Shown here: one piece after another, positions 23,843 through 33,313 of the stretch
How the letters are laid out: each line of letters opens with the position of its first letter
Position numbering within the stretch: position 1 is the first letter of the stretch
Source of the DNA: a virus
Taxonomy: Duplodnaviria; Caudoviricetes
Length of the DNA: 64,000 nt
IMG/VR virus record: IMGVR_UViG_2558860250_000001
Location: 41,266-105,265 of that record
Reading direction: 5' to 3' (one strand)
Program-made: the position numbers and the translations under genes
Notes under the pieces: generated by a model
The model's database searches: none
What the model was told of the DNA's origin: nothing
The model's input: only the letters and a program-made list of their open reading frames with translations

Positions 23843-25003
23843 TTATTTATCGTCGATTAAGCCACGCGCCATACACATTCCCCATGCTGCACGACCATCT
23901 TCGAATCCTTGTTTGTAATCGTCTGGTATTGCCGTTGGAGGTGAACTCCACTCCGTATATATAGAACCACATTCATGACCATAGAAACCATCGAAATGTC
24001 CGTCGGTATAATGCAAACTTAGTGCCATGTACTTTTCGCCATACAAATGTTCAAGTACATATCCACGGCGATCATTGTAACCGTATTTAGCATACACGAC
24101 CGCCAACGTTGGTGGACAATATACTCCATCATATACTCCTTTCCGCGACGGTTTTAGACCAGTTACTTCATAGGCATTGAGAATATCTTCCGGCAGTATG
24201 CGATTCATTAATTCATTCCTCCTTGTTAATTACACTCGCTACACGTTCACCCTCGAGTGTCAACCATCCTAAATCTAACGTCACGCCATACTCATACCAG
24301 CCCTTATTCACCCATTTCTGCAACAGATAATGTGCGCGTTTATAGTGAATAGGGAAGGTAGGTTGATTGATAATGTCACGCGGTGTTATAACTGATACAG
24401 CAACTCTTTTTCATCCTGTTTCACACAATCACTCCTCGAATTTTGGCAGTTGTGCGATTAATCGTTGCATGTCATTTAGTGACGGTACTTCTTCATACAG
24501 AACCTCGTAGTCCGATTCTAACGTATCATCAACTATCACTTCTAACCCATACAAATCGCGCACTGGAAACGCAATGATTGAATCACTTGTTATGCGAACC
24601 TGCGCCACATCTTTAATGACAGTGTTGATGAATTGACTTTTACATTTTATAGCAACTGGTAATTGCATCCTTCTCACTCCTCCACACGTCGATGTTCCCA
24701 ATTTTGCAATTCCCAGCCCTTCGTCAAATGGCCATTGCAATCGACAGAGGCCACTGCGTAATCCTTAGTCACCAGCACACCGTAATCATCTCCATCGGGT
24801 TTATTAAAACGTATAACTAATACAATCGTGTTGCCGATCCGCGATGTCCAAGACAGTTGATCGGGAAATCTGTTCATGTTGCGCAGACACCATTGAATTT
24901 CATGGTTAATTATCTCATCGTCCACATCCCATAAATGGTTACAATTTGTGAAGTCGGATGGATATTTGATATTAAACTTAGTCATATATATCACTCCTCG
25001 CAC
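23843..25003 (-). CDS. Small hypothetical ORFs (23843-24208, 24429-24669, 24674-24985)
   Basis: RBS-preceded co-oriented ORFs. Confidence 0.5.
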
Positions 25004-25339
25004 ACTGGTTGAATAATTCTGTCGGACACATTTCCTCGCGCATCAATCAATCCAAGCTCAATCAACATCCCACCTTTATCCGTTGTTTGTGTTCGATTTC
25101 GTCGTATCGCACAGTCTTCAGAAGTTCTCTGGTTTCGCGGTCATAGATTTGAACAGTCTCGCCATGTTTAACATTAATCATGTGGGTAGCGCCAGCGTCG
25201 ATATACACTTTACGAATCATATCATCACTCCGTGACGTCCATTTTTATAGATAGTATAAAAACTTTTTACAGTATCAAATTTCGAGTTTTCCGTGTCATA
25301 TCAACGCTTATAGGACTTTTTTAATGTACGTGGGTACTA

Positions 25340-25852
25340 TTACTTTATACTATTGTACCGTTTAACTACTTCAGCATAATCAATGGAATATCCACGATAT
25401 ACAATTTGCGGATTCAACATCACATAACAATTTGTACCGTGTTTAACACGTTTCAGATATTCCTTATCAGCCAACTCAGATAGCACTTTTGTAAATGTAG
25501 GACGACTCCAATCCATCAAATTCTGGATGTCTGTCAAATTCAGCGTCACCCCACGATATGTAGGTATGCAGTCGTAATTTATGTATGATTGTAATGTCCA
25601 CATCAACGAACGCGCATTGTGTGATAACTTATGCGGATTTGGTTTACCGCTATACAGTGTATCTCGTGTATCACGTTGACAAGCATCTACACTTATCATC
25701 GTGAACGCGCTCATCAATTTCCTGAACAGTCTAGGTGTCCGTTTCTTTTCCTTGATGGTTTCATAATCAACCACCAACATTTTGTCTGGAAAAGTGGACG
25801 GCATATCATACGCTTCACCAGTCACCTTATTGACTAAAGCCCAATCACCCAA
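25340..25852 (-). CDS. RepL-like winged-helix replication/maintenance protein
   Basis: HTH (DIQNLMDWSRPTFTKVLSELADKEYL) followed by YVMLNPQIVYRG. Confidence 0.6.
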   Translation of the reverse strand: MGDWALVNKVTGEAYDMPSTFPDKMLVVDYETIKEKKRTPRLFRKLMSAFTMISVDACQRDTRDTLYSGKPNPHKLSHNARSLMWTLQSYINYDCIPTYRGVTLNLTDIQNLMDWSRPTFTKVLSELADKEYLKRVKHGTNCYVMLNPQIVYRGYSIDYAEVVKRYNSIK

Positions 25853-26125
25853 TCACATCACCTCGAATTGAATATTTATACCATTTCACTGTTGAATATG
25901 TATAATTATTTCCCACGTTTTCTGCGTTGTTTGTCTGCCGTTGTCCATGATTTACACCACGTATGTTGGAGCAAATATGTAGCCCCGTACTGGTCACGTA
26001 TCCAATAGCCAAGATCGCGTATATCCAATACTACAGCGCGCACACCATCATCACGTACAATGGGAGTACCATTTTGCCATGTCATCCATATCACCACCTT
26101 TAATTAAATTATATCATATAAAACA

Positions 26126-26154
26126 TTGACAATCCATAGTATAATTGATATAGT
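26126..26154 (+). promoter_or_regulatory. sigmaA promoter at the divergence point driving the long rightward operon
   Basis: TTGACA-17bp-TATAGT with extended -10 TG. Confidence 0.75.
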
Positions 26155-26171
26155 TGTGATAAAATATTGTT

Positions 26172-27462
26172 GTGGAGGTGAATCCGATGAAACGTAAACT
26201 TGTCGATATCGCTTTGTGGACAGGGATTTACATTACGGCATGGGCTGCAATGGTCACGGCGTACTACATAATCAAGTATAACGGTGTGTGGGATACGTTA
26301 TTTGGTTTCATTCTTGTTGGTGTTGCATTAGGGGCATTCCCTCGGCTACGTAAATGGATAAGCGGGAGGTGAACATGTGGTTCCTGTATTTGTAAAGCAC
26401 GTAGATGATACGAAAGATGTGTATGAATTTGCTGCACGTGAAAATGTGCATGTTCGCAATATTCTTTGTCGTAAAGCTGGCTATGACGTTGTGTATACGT
26501 TACGCGGTGTAGGTACATATGCGAATATACCAGTCGGTCATGAGTTATATAAAGGTCAGGAGGCGTAGATGATGTCTGTTTGGGGTAACACGCCTATCGC
26601 GGCTACTGAAATATGTGATGCGTTTTGTCTATGCGGTGATTGTTGGAGTTACCGTTCGCTAGTTACAATCAAGCAATTGTCAAGTTTATTATACGAGTCA
26701 TTGAGTGATGAACAGCGCGACAAACTGCCAGAGTGGACGCAATCATGGATGATATATGCAATGTATCAAAACGAGAGGATATGATGCTATGTTGCCGTGG
26801 CTGAAATTGTGAGCGTGGACTATGTTTGTATATTGGGGCGAAACGGGAGGAGAAGTGATGGAGTACACATTTGCAGGTTGGCTACATGTGCGTGATTACG
26901 GAGAAGCAATGGATGTTCTAATGTTGGATACTGGACATCGGGATTACTATAATGGCGATCCGCTTGCTAAACGGTTGCAGGATGAATTAGATTTGCCATG
27001 TACGGCATCCGTACGATACTACATTACCAAGTCATCTATGACACTGGAGCAGGCGCAGGAGGCATATATTCGCCAGTATTACCGATACGGGGATGTTGAT
27101 GCCAAATATATCGACCGTTACAGCGAAATCACAGGGTATTTGTGGACGGATGAGGAGTTAAACGTTGGTGGACATGACTTACTTAGTGAACTGCGTACGT
27201 ATGGGGGCAAATACCTAATATTAGTCGTTGAGGTAGGTGATACACAATGACCAATCACAATCCCATCATCGAACAATGCTTCAACTATCTATGCGGCCGT
27301 GGTGCTGTGACACGTGAGAGCTATGAGGATGTGTACAAGGTGTTGCAGTGGGCATATGGTCGCGGCGTGTCGGATGGCAAGCTATATAAAGTAGTGACAT
27401 GGATAACTGAAAAAACACCAAATGGTAATACAACATATACGCTGAAGGAGTTGGATAATTAA
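26172..27462 (+). CDS. Small hypothetical ORFs (26187-26372 membrane, 26377-26568, 26569-26784, 26858-27250, 27247-27462)
   Basis: Coupled ORFs with RBSs. Confidence 0.55.
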
Positions 27463-27890
27463 TGCACGGATACTGCAATATGTGCGGAAAATGTTGCGAG
27501 GCAATACGTGTCAATGTGTCTCCAGAGGAGAAGGAACACAATAAATACGTCAATAGCCGTGATTGGTCATTTATCGGCGAACACTGGCGAAATATTAGCG
27601 AGGACGAAGCATTTCATATAAATCCACTATTGCGATTGCAAAAAGAAGTGGGATTGATTGACCATGACGTATGGTATTACGCGTGTGACATGTACGACAA
27701 ATCGACTCACAAGTGTATGGCACATGATGATAGACCGCCCGTGTGCAGTGAGTATCCATATTATGGACGTATTAAGCCGACGGAAACCATGACATGGTAT
27801 AGCGCGACGTGTGGATACATAAACGACGAAACAGTTAGCCCAGGTGAGCGACAATTGATGATAGCGTTGGCAGAGGAGATACTGCGATGA
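27462..27890 (+). CDS. YkgJ-family cysteine-cluster (CxxCxxCC) protein
   Basis: CNMCGKCC...C...CMAHDDRPPVCSEYP. Confidence 0.85.
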   Translation: MHGYCNMCGKCCEAIRVNVSPEEKEHNKYVNSRDWSFIGEHWRNISEDEAFHINPLLRLQKEVGLIDHDVWYYACDMYDKSTHKCMAHDDRPPVCSEYPYYGRIKPTETMTWYSATCGYINDETVSPGERQLMIALAEEILR

Positions 27891-28288
27891 AATGGTTTAA
27901 AAGGTGCGACCACGAATATTATAAGGTGCTTGAGGTCGATGTGTACGATGGATATGCTAATCATGTACGTACTGACTATTACATATATTGTCCAAAGTGT
28001 GATAAACGACGTAAGGTTAAACCGTATCAATGGGAGGTGATTGAGCGGGAACAGAAAATCAAATCTGATTATATCAACAATAGACATTAACTATATGATA
28101 TAGTTAATATAAAGTTAATTGTAAAGGAGGGTGAGGAAAATGATATTACAACAGATGATACATGACTTCACTTATTGCTGGTCGCACTGGTCATATCCTA
28201 CGAATCTATACAAGATGACGATGATTGCGTGGGTAGGTGCAATGGCATGGCTGGTACGCAGCAGAAAAACAACGAGGGGGAATGTATA

Positions 28289-29047
28289 ATGGCTGAAAAT
28301 ATCACAATGCACGCGGGTAAACTCTATCAGGAATCGGGACCGATTGATATGGGCAACTTGGTCGAACTTCGCCAAATGGTAATTGACTTGACACGTCGTG
28401 TAGAGGCATTGGAGAGTAAGCATCTATCAATTGAACAAATAAAAGCGTTATATGGAATGGGAAAAATTCCTTTGTTTGATAATGAAGCAGATGAACTGCG
28501 AGTTCGATCAGAGTTTGCGGCAACGCAGCAGCAGTACACGCGCGAACAGGTGATTGAAATGGCTAAACGTGATGTGGATGAGTTGATGATGACACAACAC
28601 TTACACTTTCTACGTGATGGTATCACTATCACTCTTTCATACGAAGATAAAATTGACTTTGTTGTTAATCGTGATAAACGTACTGTAGTAGCATTGATTA
28701 AGTCGTCAGGTAAAGTGTGGGCACGTGGAATTGCGAAATGTCAACCAGATGATTGTTTCAATGTACATATCGGTAAGGCGATTGCGTTATATCGCGCGTT
28801 GGGATTGATGGTGCTGAATATGTACTTGAACGCACCACAACCGACGGAAGCGCAGGTAGGAGATGTAATTAAGTGGCCAACTACATCAGCTACATACGTA
28901 GTGAAAACTAAATATGCAAGTTCCGCAAATATCGAATGTTTGTCTAGTGATAGATTTGTTTTTAGGGGCAAACGATACTACGGGCGTGATATCAGTGAAG
29001 CGGTTATCATTGACGACTCACACGATTTCGGTGGCGAGGTGATGTAA
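28289..29047 (+). CDS. Phage hypothetical protein
   Basis: ARGIAKCQPDDCFNVHIGKAIALYRAL motif common in Bacillus phage proteins; start refined from the RBS. Confidence 0.7.
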   Translation: MAENITMHAGKLYQESGPIDMGNLVELRQMVIDLTRRVEALESKHLSIEQIKALYGMGKIPLFDNEADELRVRSEFAATQQQYTREQVIEMAKRDVDELMMTQHLHFLRDGITITLSYEDKIDFVVNRDKRTVVALIKSSGKVWARGIAKCQPDDCFNVHIGKAIALYRALGLMVLNMYLNAPQPTEAQVGDVIKWPTTSATYVVKTKYASSANIECLSSDRFVFRGKRYYGRDISEAVIIDDSHDFGGEVM

Positions 29048-29048
29048 T

Positions 29049-29609
29049 GTGTGCAAAATATCATCGCATTCGGTAATGCGCGCGAAGCAACGTTGGAATT
29101 TAGAGAAGGCGCGACACCCCGAGTCAATCATTGCTGATACATTTGCTGCGTCGGAACTGATTGGCGATTTCATCGGTGACCGTGGTGAAATTTTGCAAAT
29201 TTTATTAGAGAAGCGCAAACAACGGGCGCTCGTATACGATCCTTTATCAGATACCGTGGTCACAGTCTACAGCACAAAGGGATCGCCACTGGCACCAACG
29301 CTATACGATTCGGTTATAACGTTACATAAGAAACAAATTGGCAAATTGGAACGTCGATATAAGTCTATATTCAAACGGTACAATTCTGAACGTGAAAAGT
29401 TGGATGACGAACGACGCCGCATTGACGAAGAGATACGTAGGTTAAAGATGGAGCGCGACCACATTACGGCTATATTGGACAACTATCAAATTGATTTGTC
29501 GCGCATCAACAGTGAGAAGAAGTCGATTATTAAGTCGATGGCACATTACATGTCCAGTCCTGGCAACATGGATATGGAAGTCGAGTCAACTATTGCGGAG
29601 GTGAACTAA
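29049..29609 (+). CDS. Hypothetical protein with a coiled coil
   Basis: SSHSVMRAKQR...VVTVY N-terminal domain followed by heptad repeats. Confidence 0.6.
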   Translation: MCKISSHSVMRAKQRWNLEKARHPESIIADTFAASELIGDFIGDRGEILQILLEKRKQRALVYDPLSDTVVTVYSTKGSPLAPTLYDSVITLHKKQIGKLERRYKSIFKRYNSEREKLDDERRRIDEEIRRLKMERDHITAILDNYQIDLSRINSEKKSIIKSMAHYMSSPGNMDMEVESTIAEVN

Positions 29610-30157
29610 TGCAAGGTCAAGATGTGCTGTTTTCGTCAGCAAGCATTGAATGGGGGACGCCGCAGCATATATTCGATGCGTTGGACGCGGAATTCCATTT
29701 CACATTGGACGCAGCCGCTAATGTACATAATCACAAGTGCGATAAGTGGTATGGTACGCAATCTGACGGGACATTTATTGATGGGTTGGCGCAGGATTGG
29801 AGTGGGGAAACAATATGGCTTAATCCACCTTATCAGCGCAATGTAATCGATAAATGGGCACACAAAGCATATACCAGCGCACGAGACAATGGCACGACGG
29901 TTGTATTGTTGTTGCCAGCCCGACTCGACGTGAAGTGGTGGAACAAATACTGTGTGTATGCCCCTGAAATTAGATTTGTCGAGGGCAGGATCAGGTTCGA
30001 ACAAGAGGGAAAGTATAACTCGGCGACGTTTCCATCTGCAATCGTGATATTTAGAGGTGGCGTAAGCGATGTGCCATATCAATGTGTGAAACTGTGGAAG
30101 CAACCTAAATATACATGCGTGACGCAATGGAAACAGCCGAAGGGGATGATGGTATGA
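29609..30157 (+). CDS. Phage N6-adenine DNA methyltransferase (Dam-like)
   Basis: EWGTP, FTLDAAA, DGLAQDW, WLNPPY, LLPAR, GRIRF, FPSAIVIF. Confidence 0.92.
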   Translation: MQGQDVLFSSASIEWGTPQHIFDALDAEFHFTLDAAANVHNHKCDKWYGTQSDGTFIDGLAQDWSGETIWLNPPYQRNVIDKWAHKAYTSARDNGTTVVLLLPARLDVKWWNKYCVYAPEIRFVEGRIRFEQEGKYNSATFPSAIVIFRGGVSDVPYQCVKLWKQPKYTCVTQWKQPKGMMV

Positions 30158-31008
30158 ACGAGTTAGCGTTGGTGGAAAGTCGCGATGTACGCGAGCGGTA
30201 CATGGAACGAGTTGATGTGTTGGACAAGGTTAAGGCGTTGACGATGTTACCGGATGATATGCATGTGGCGGCGAAAATGGTCGCGGATTACTACGAAGTG
30301 GACTACAACAACGTCATTAAGCCAGTAATCCACCGTCACCGTGAAGAACTTGATTCAGACGGCATGGTGGTACTACGTGGCGAGGAGTTAAAGAGATATA
30401 AAACAGAGTGGCAAAATGCCACCCTAACTGCAAGGTCGAATCTTACGCTTCTCCCTCGTCGAGCAGTCCTGAGAATCGGTATGTTGCTGCGTGATTCGGA
30501 AGTAGCCAAACAGGTTCGTACATATTTACTCAACGTTGAAGAGTTGGCGGCACCGGAACATAAGCAAGAAGCAGTGGATATGATGGAAGTGCCGAAGACG
30601 TTCCTTGAAGCACTAAAATTGGCGGTGTATTTAGAAGAAAAGCGCCAGGAACTATTGCTTGAGAATGGCGAGTTGAAAAATACAATATCTGAGATGCAGC
30701 CGAAAGTTGATGTATATGAGGATTTGGTTAGCGCAGAAAATTACATGACCATCGCTACAGTTGCTAAGTCGATGGGATGGGGACGAAATAAATTGTTCGC
30801 ACTTTTACGAGACAAGAATATTCTGCGACGAGATAACACTCCATATCAACGGTATATAGACAATGGATATTTTAGCATACGCATGGTGCCTAAACGCGTA
30901 GGTGATAAAATAGAAAACTTTCCACAGACAATTGTGAGTGCGAGAGGGCATGAGTTTATATACAACATCGTGTGTAAGCATAACGTATTTTATTTGAATA
31001 AGGAATAA
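30154..31008 (+). CDS. Phage antirepressor (KilA-C domain)
   Basis: RAVLRIGMLLRDSEVAKQVRTYLL; PKTFLEAL; GRNKLF..LR; PYQRYIDNGYF. Confidence 0.88.
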   Translation: MNELALVESRDVRERYMERVDVLDKVKALTMLPDDMHVAAKMVADYYEVDYNNVIKPVIHRHREELDSDGMVVLRGEELKRYKTEWQNATLTARSNLTLLPRRAVLRIGMLLRDSEVAKQVRTYLLNVEELAAPEHKQEAVDMMEVPKTFLEALKLAVYLEEKRQELLLENGELKNTISEMQPKVDVYEDLVSAENYMTIATVAKSMGWGRNKLFALLRDKNILRRDNTPYQRYIDNGYFSIRMVPKRVGDKIENFPQTIVSARGHEFIYNIVCKHNVFYLNKE

Positions 31009-31026
31009 AATTTACATTATAATATC

Positions 31027-31056
31027 TTGACATTCATATAGTATATATAATATAAT
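31027..31056 (+). promoter_or_regulatory. sigmaA promoter of the tracr/CRISPR/cas12f locus
   Basis: TTGACA (31027) -18bp- TATAAT (31051). Confidence 0.75.
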
Positions 31057-31088
31057 TAATATAGAAGGAGGGTGGAGAACAATAAATA

Positions 31089-31244
31089 GGGTGACTGGAC
31101 ACCCTTGAGCCGAGATTACAGTGGTGCGAATACATAGGTCAACGATAATATCAACGCACAATACACTCGGCAAGGTGAAATATCACCATCGTTTCGCGCG
31201 AAATGTGCGGAACCGACACATACAAATACATATGATACGGCAAC
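31089..31244 (+). ncRNA. Cas12f tracrRNA A
   Basis: Stems GGGTG/CACCC, GCCGAG/CTCGGC, GGTG/CACC and GTTTCGCGC/GTGCGGAAC; 31214-31244 is complementary to repeat A. Confidence 0.8.
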
Positions 31245-31245
31245 A

Positions 31246-31393
31246 GTTGCAACGTATAAATGTAGCATGTATGTGTTGCAGGTACGCACAATAATCAACG
31301 CTCCAACAGTCGGGATCGTTGTTGCAACGTATAAATGTAGTATGTATATGTTGCAGGTGAACGTATATATGCGACACACGTAATAAACACAAA
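31246..31393 (+). CRISPR. Mini-array A: two 37-nt repeats GTTGCAACGTATAAATGTAGYATGTATRTGTTGCAGG, one bounded spacer and one trailing spacer-length segment
   Basis: Repeats at 31246-31282 and 31321-31357 (2 mismatches); 38-nt spacer 31283-31320; 36-nt segment 31358-31393 before tracr B. Confidence 0.85.
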
Positions 31394-31549
31394 CGGTCAG
31401 CCGGGATGAGCCGAAGCCGAGAAGTGACGCTAGTACATAATGGTTGGTAAGTTAAATAAAGCGTCAACACTACAGGCAAGGTGCTATAGGCACCACCGTT
31501 CGCGCAAAATAGGCGTGAACCACTGTCATACATGTCACCGTAATTGTAC
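31394..31549 (+). ncRNA. Cas12f tracrRNA B
   Basis: Homologous to tracr A (AGCCGAGA, GGCAAGGTG, CACCA.CGTT.CGCGC); covarying stems TGACGCT/AGCGTCA, GGTGC/GCACC and GTTCGCGC/GCGTGAAC; 31521-31549 is complementary to repeat B. Confidence 0.8.
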
Positions 31550-31550
31550 A

Positions 31551-31721
31551 GTTGCAATGTATATGATGACTGTATGATTAGTGCGGAAACTCGTTCGATT
31601 CTTGTCGTCACTGCCACACACCTAGTTGCAATGTATATGATGACTGTATGATTAGTGCGGAAAAATAGACCTAGGAATTTTTTTCGTTTCCTTTGTTGTT
31701 GCAATGTATATGATGACTGTA
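31551..31721 (+). CRISPR. Mini-array B: repeat GTTGCAATGTATATGATGACTGTATGATTAGTGCGGAAA twice, plus a truncated third copy and two spacers
   Basis: Identical 39-nt repeats at 31551 and 31625; 24-nt partial copy at 31698; spacers 31590-31624 (35 nt) and 31664-31697 (34 nt). Confidence 0.9.
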
Positions 31722-31785
31722 GCGCGAACCATAAGTGATTGCAAAATGCCCACACTTTCGCGCCGAATAGGGAGAGTATAAATAA

Positions 31786-33129
31786 ATGATTGTTAAAACG
31801 ATGCCATATGAAATTATAAAGCCGTTGTCGTGTGATTGGGCTGTATTCGGGGAAATGCTTCGTAGACTAAGAGATGAGTCATTTAGAATAAAAAATTCTG
31901 CGATACAATATTTTTACGAAGATGATATTAAAAGACGGGAATTTAAAAAGAATAATGGTAGATTCCCTAAAAAAGGTGAATTCTATGGTTCTTCAGTATC
32001 CGTATATAATTATGTGCGCCCTGATGTAAAATATTCGGCGATGGGAAACGTTACCTTGATAAACCAATTAGTCAAAAGTGTATGGATTAAATATAAAGAT
32101 GATGTTGTAAAAAGAAATATGTCTATACCTAGTTACAGACCAAATAATCCGATTGAAATTAATGTTCAGTCCTTCAATTCGTTCGATTTTGGGCAAGCAT
32201 GTGTTAACTTGTTGTCAAGAAAGGGAGTTGAAGAACTCAAAAAGAAATTGTCGGAGGTAAAAAAGAAAAAGAATAAAACAGGTGGTGACGATAATCTAAA
32301 ATTTACGCAAGAACAATTGAATGGCATATCAACATCTGTCACATTTGCATTCAACCCTGGGAAAAACAATGCAAAACAAGTTTTAAATCGCATTATATCG
32401 GGCGAGTATAAATTATCATCGAGTAAAATCATATACAATGAGCGTAAAAATAAATGGATGTTGGCGGTCGCTTATAAATTTGAACCTAAAACAATCGAGT
32501 TAGACAAAAATCGCGTACTAGGCATTGATATGGGAGTTGTATATCCAGCTTATATGGCAGTGAACTACGATAAATACTGGAGAGATAGCATTGACGGGGG
32601 ACAGATAGAACAATATCGTAAAACTGTGGAGGCGCGCAGAAGAAGGCTGCAACGTCAAGCTGCTGTATGTGGCAATGGGCGTATTGGACATGGACGCAAG
32701 AAGCGAATGCAACCATTGGAGAAAATAAGCGATAAGGTGGCAAATTTCCGCAACACCGTAAATCATACATATGCGAAAAAGATTGTACAGAATGCCGTTA
32801 AATTGGGATGCGGTACGATACAAATGGAGGAACTGTCTGGTATAAATGAAAAAGAGACATTTCTAAAGAGGTGGACATATTTCGATCTGCAAAAGAAAAT
32901 TGAGTATCGTGCAAAGGAATATGGCATAGATGTTATAAAAATAAATCCCAAATATACATCACAACGTTGCAGTGAGTGTGGATACATAGATGAGCGAAAT
33001 AGACCAAAGGTACCCGACCAATCGAAATTCAAGTGTTTGTCGTGCGGATACGAAACGAACGCCGACTTCAATGCGGCGCGTAACATAGCGACACCATATA
33101 TTGATAAGATTATATCATTGAACAGTTGA
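31786..33129 (+). CDS. cas12f: Type V-F miniature CRISPR effector (AsCas12f1-like, 447 aa)
   Basis: RuvC-I LGIDMG, RuvC-II IQMEEL, RuvC-III NADFNAARNIA, zinc finger CSECG/CLSCG. YEIIKPL..DW..FG..LR, MSIPSY and GHGR.KR match AsCas12f1 as recalled. CRISPR and tracr are adjacent. Confidence 0.9.
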   Translation: MIVKTMPYEIIKPLSCDWAVFGEMLRRLRDESFRIKNSAIQYFYEDDIKRREFKKNNGRFPKKGEFYGSSVSVYNYVRPDVKYSAMGNVTLINQLVKSVWIKYKDDVVKRNMSIPSYRPNNPIEINVQSFNSFDFGQACVNLLSRKGVEELKKKLSEVKKKKNKTGGDDNLKFTQEQLNGISTSVTFAFNPGKNNAKQVLNRIISGEYKLSSSKIIYNERKNKWMLAVAYKFEPKTIELDKNRVLGIDMGVVYPAYMAVNYDKYWRDSIDGGQIEQYRKTVEARRRRLQRQAAVCGNGRIGHGRKKRMQPLEKISDKVANFRNTVNHTYAKKIVQNAVKLGCGTIQMEELSGINEKETFLKRWTYFDLQKKIEYRAKEYGIDVIKINPKYTSQRCSECGYIDERNRPKVPDQSKFKCLSCGYETNADFNAARNIATPYIDKIISLNS

Positions 33130-33313
33130 TTTTATATAATATAATTGATATAATTAAATTATAGGGAAGTGATACATATGGAACGCGATGCGCTACTTCG
33201 CATATTAGGCGATTTGCTGTTTGCGCTAGATGATGCTGACACGAGGTATGTTGGCTACATCAACTCACTAATTGTCGAAACGAAGAAAGCAATTTATTTG
33301 ATGGACACGGAGA

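Noticed and set aside
30080-30145. Tandem peptide duplication CVKLWKQPK/CVTQWKQPK at the Dam C-terminus
   Set aside because: A short local duplication with no evident function.
31116-31755. Minus-strand ORFs of 87 and 190 aa
   Set aside because: They are shadow ORFs across the CRISPR repeats and tracrRNAs.
31786-33129. IS200/IS605 or IS607 TnpB transposon
   Set aside because: No adjacent tnpA and no IS-end hairpins. The guide elements are upstream CRISPR repeats with anti-repeats, and the N-terminus is AsCas12f1-like.
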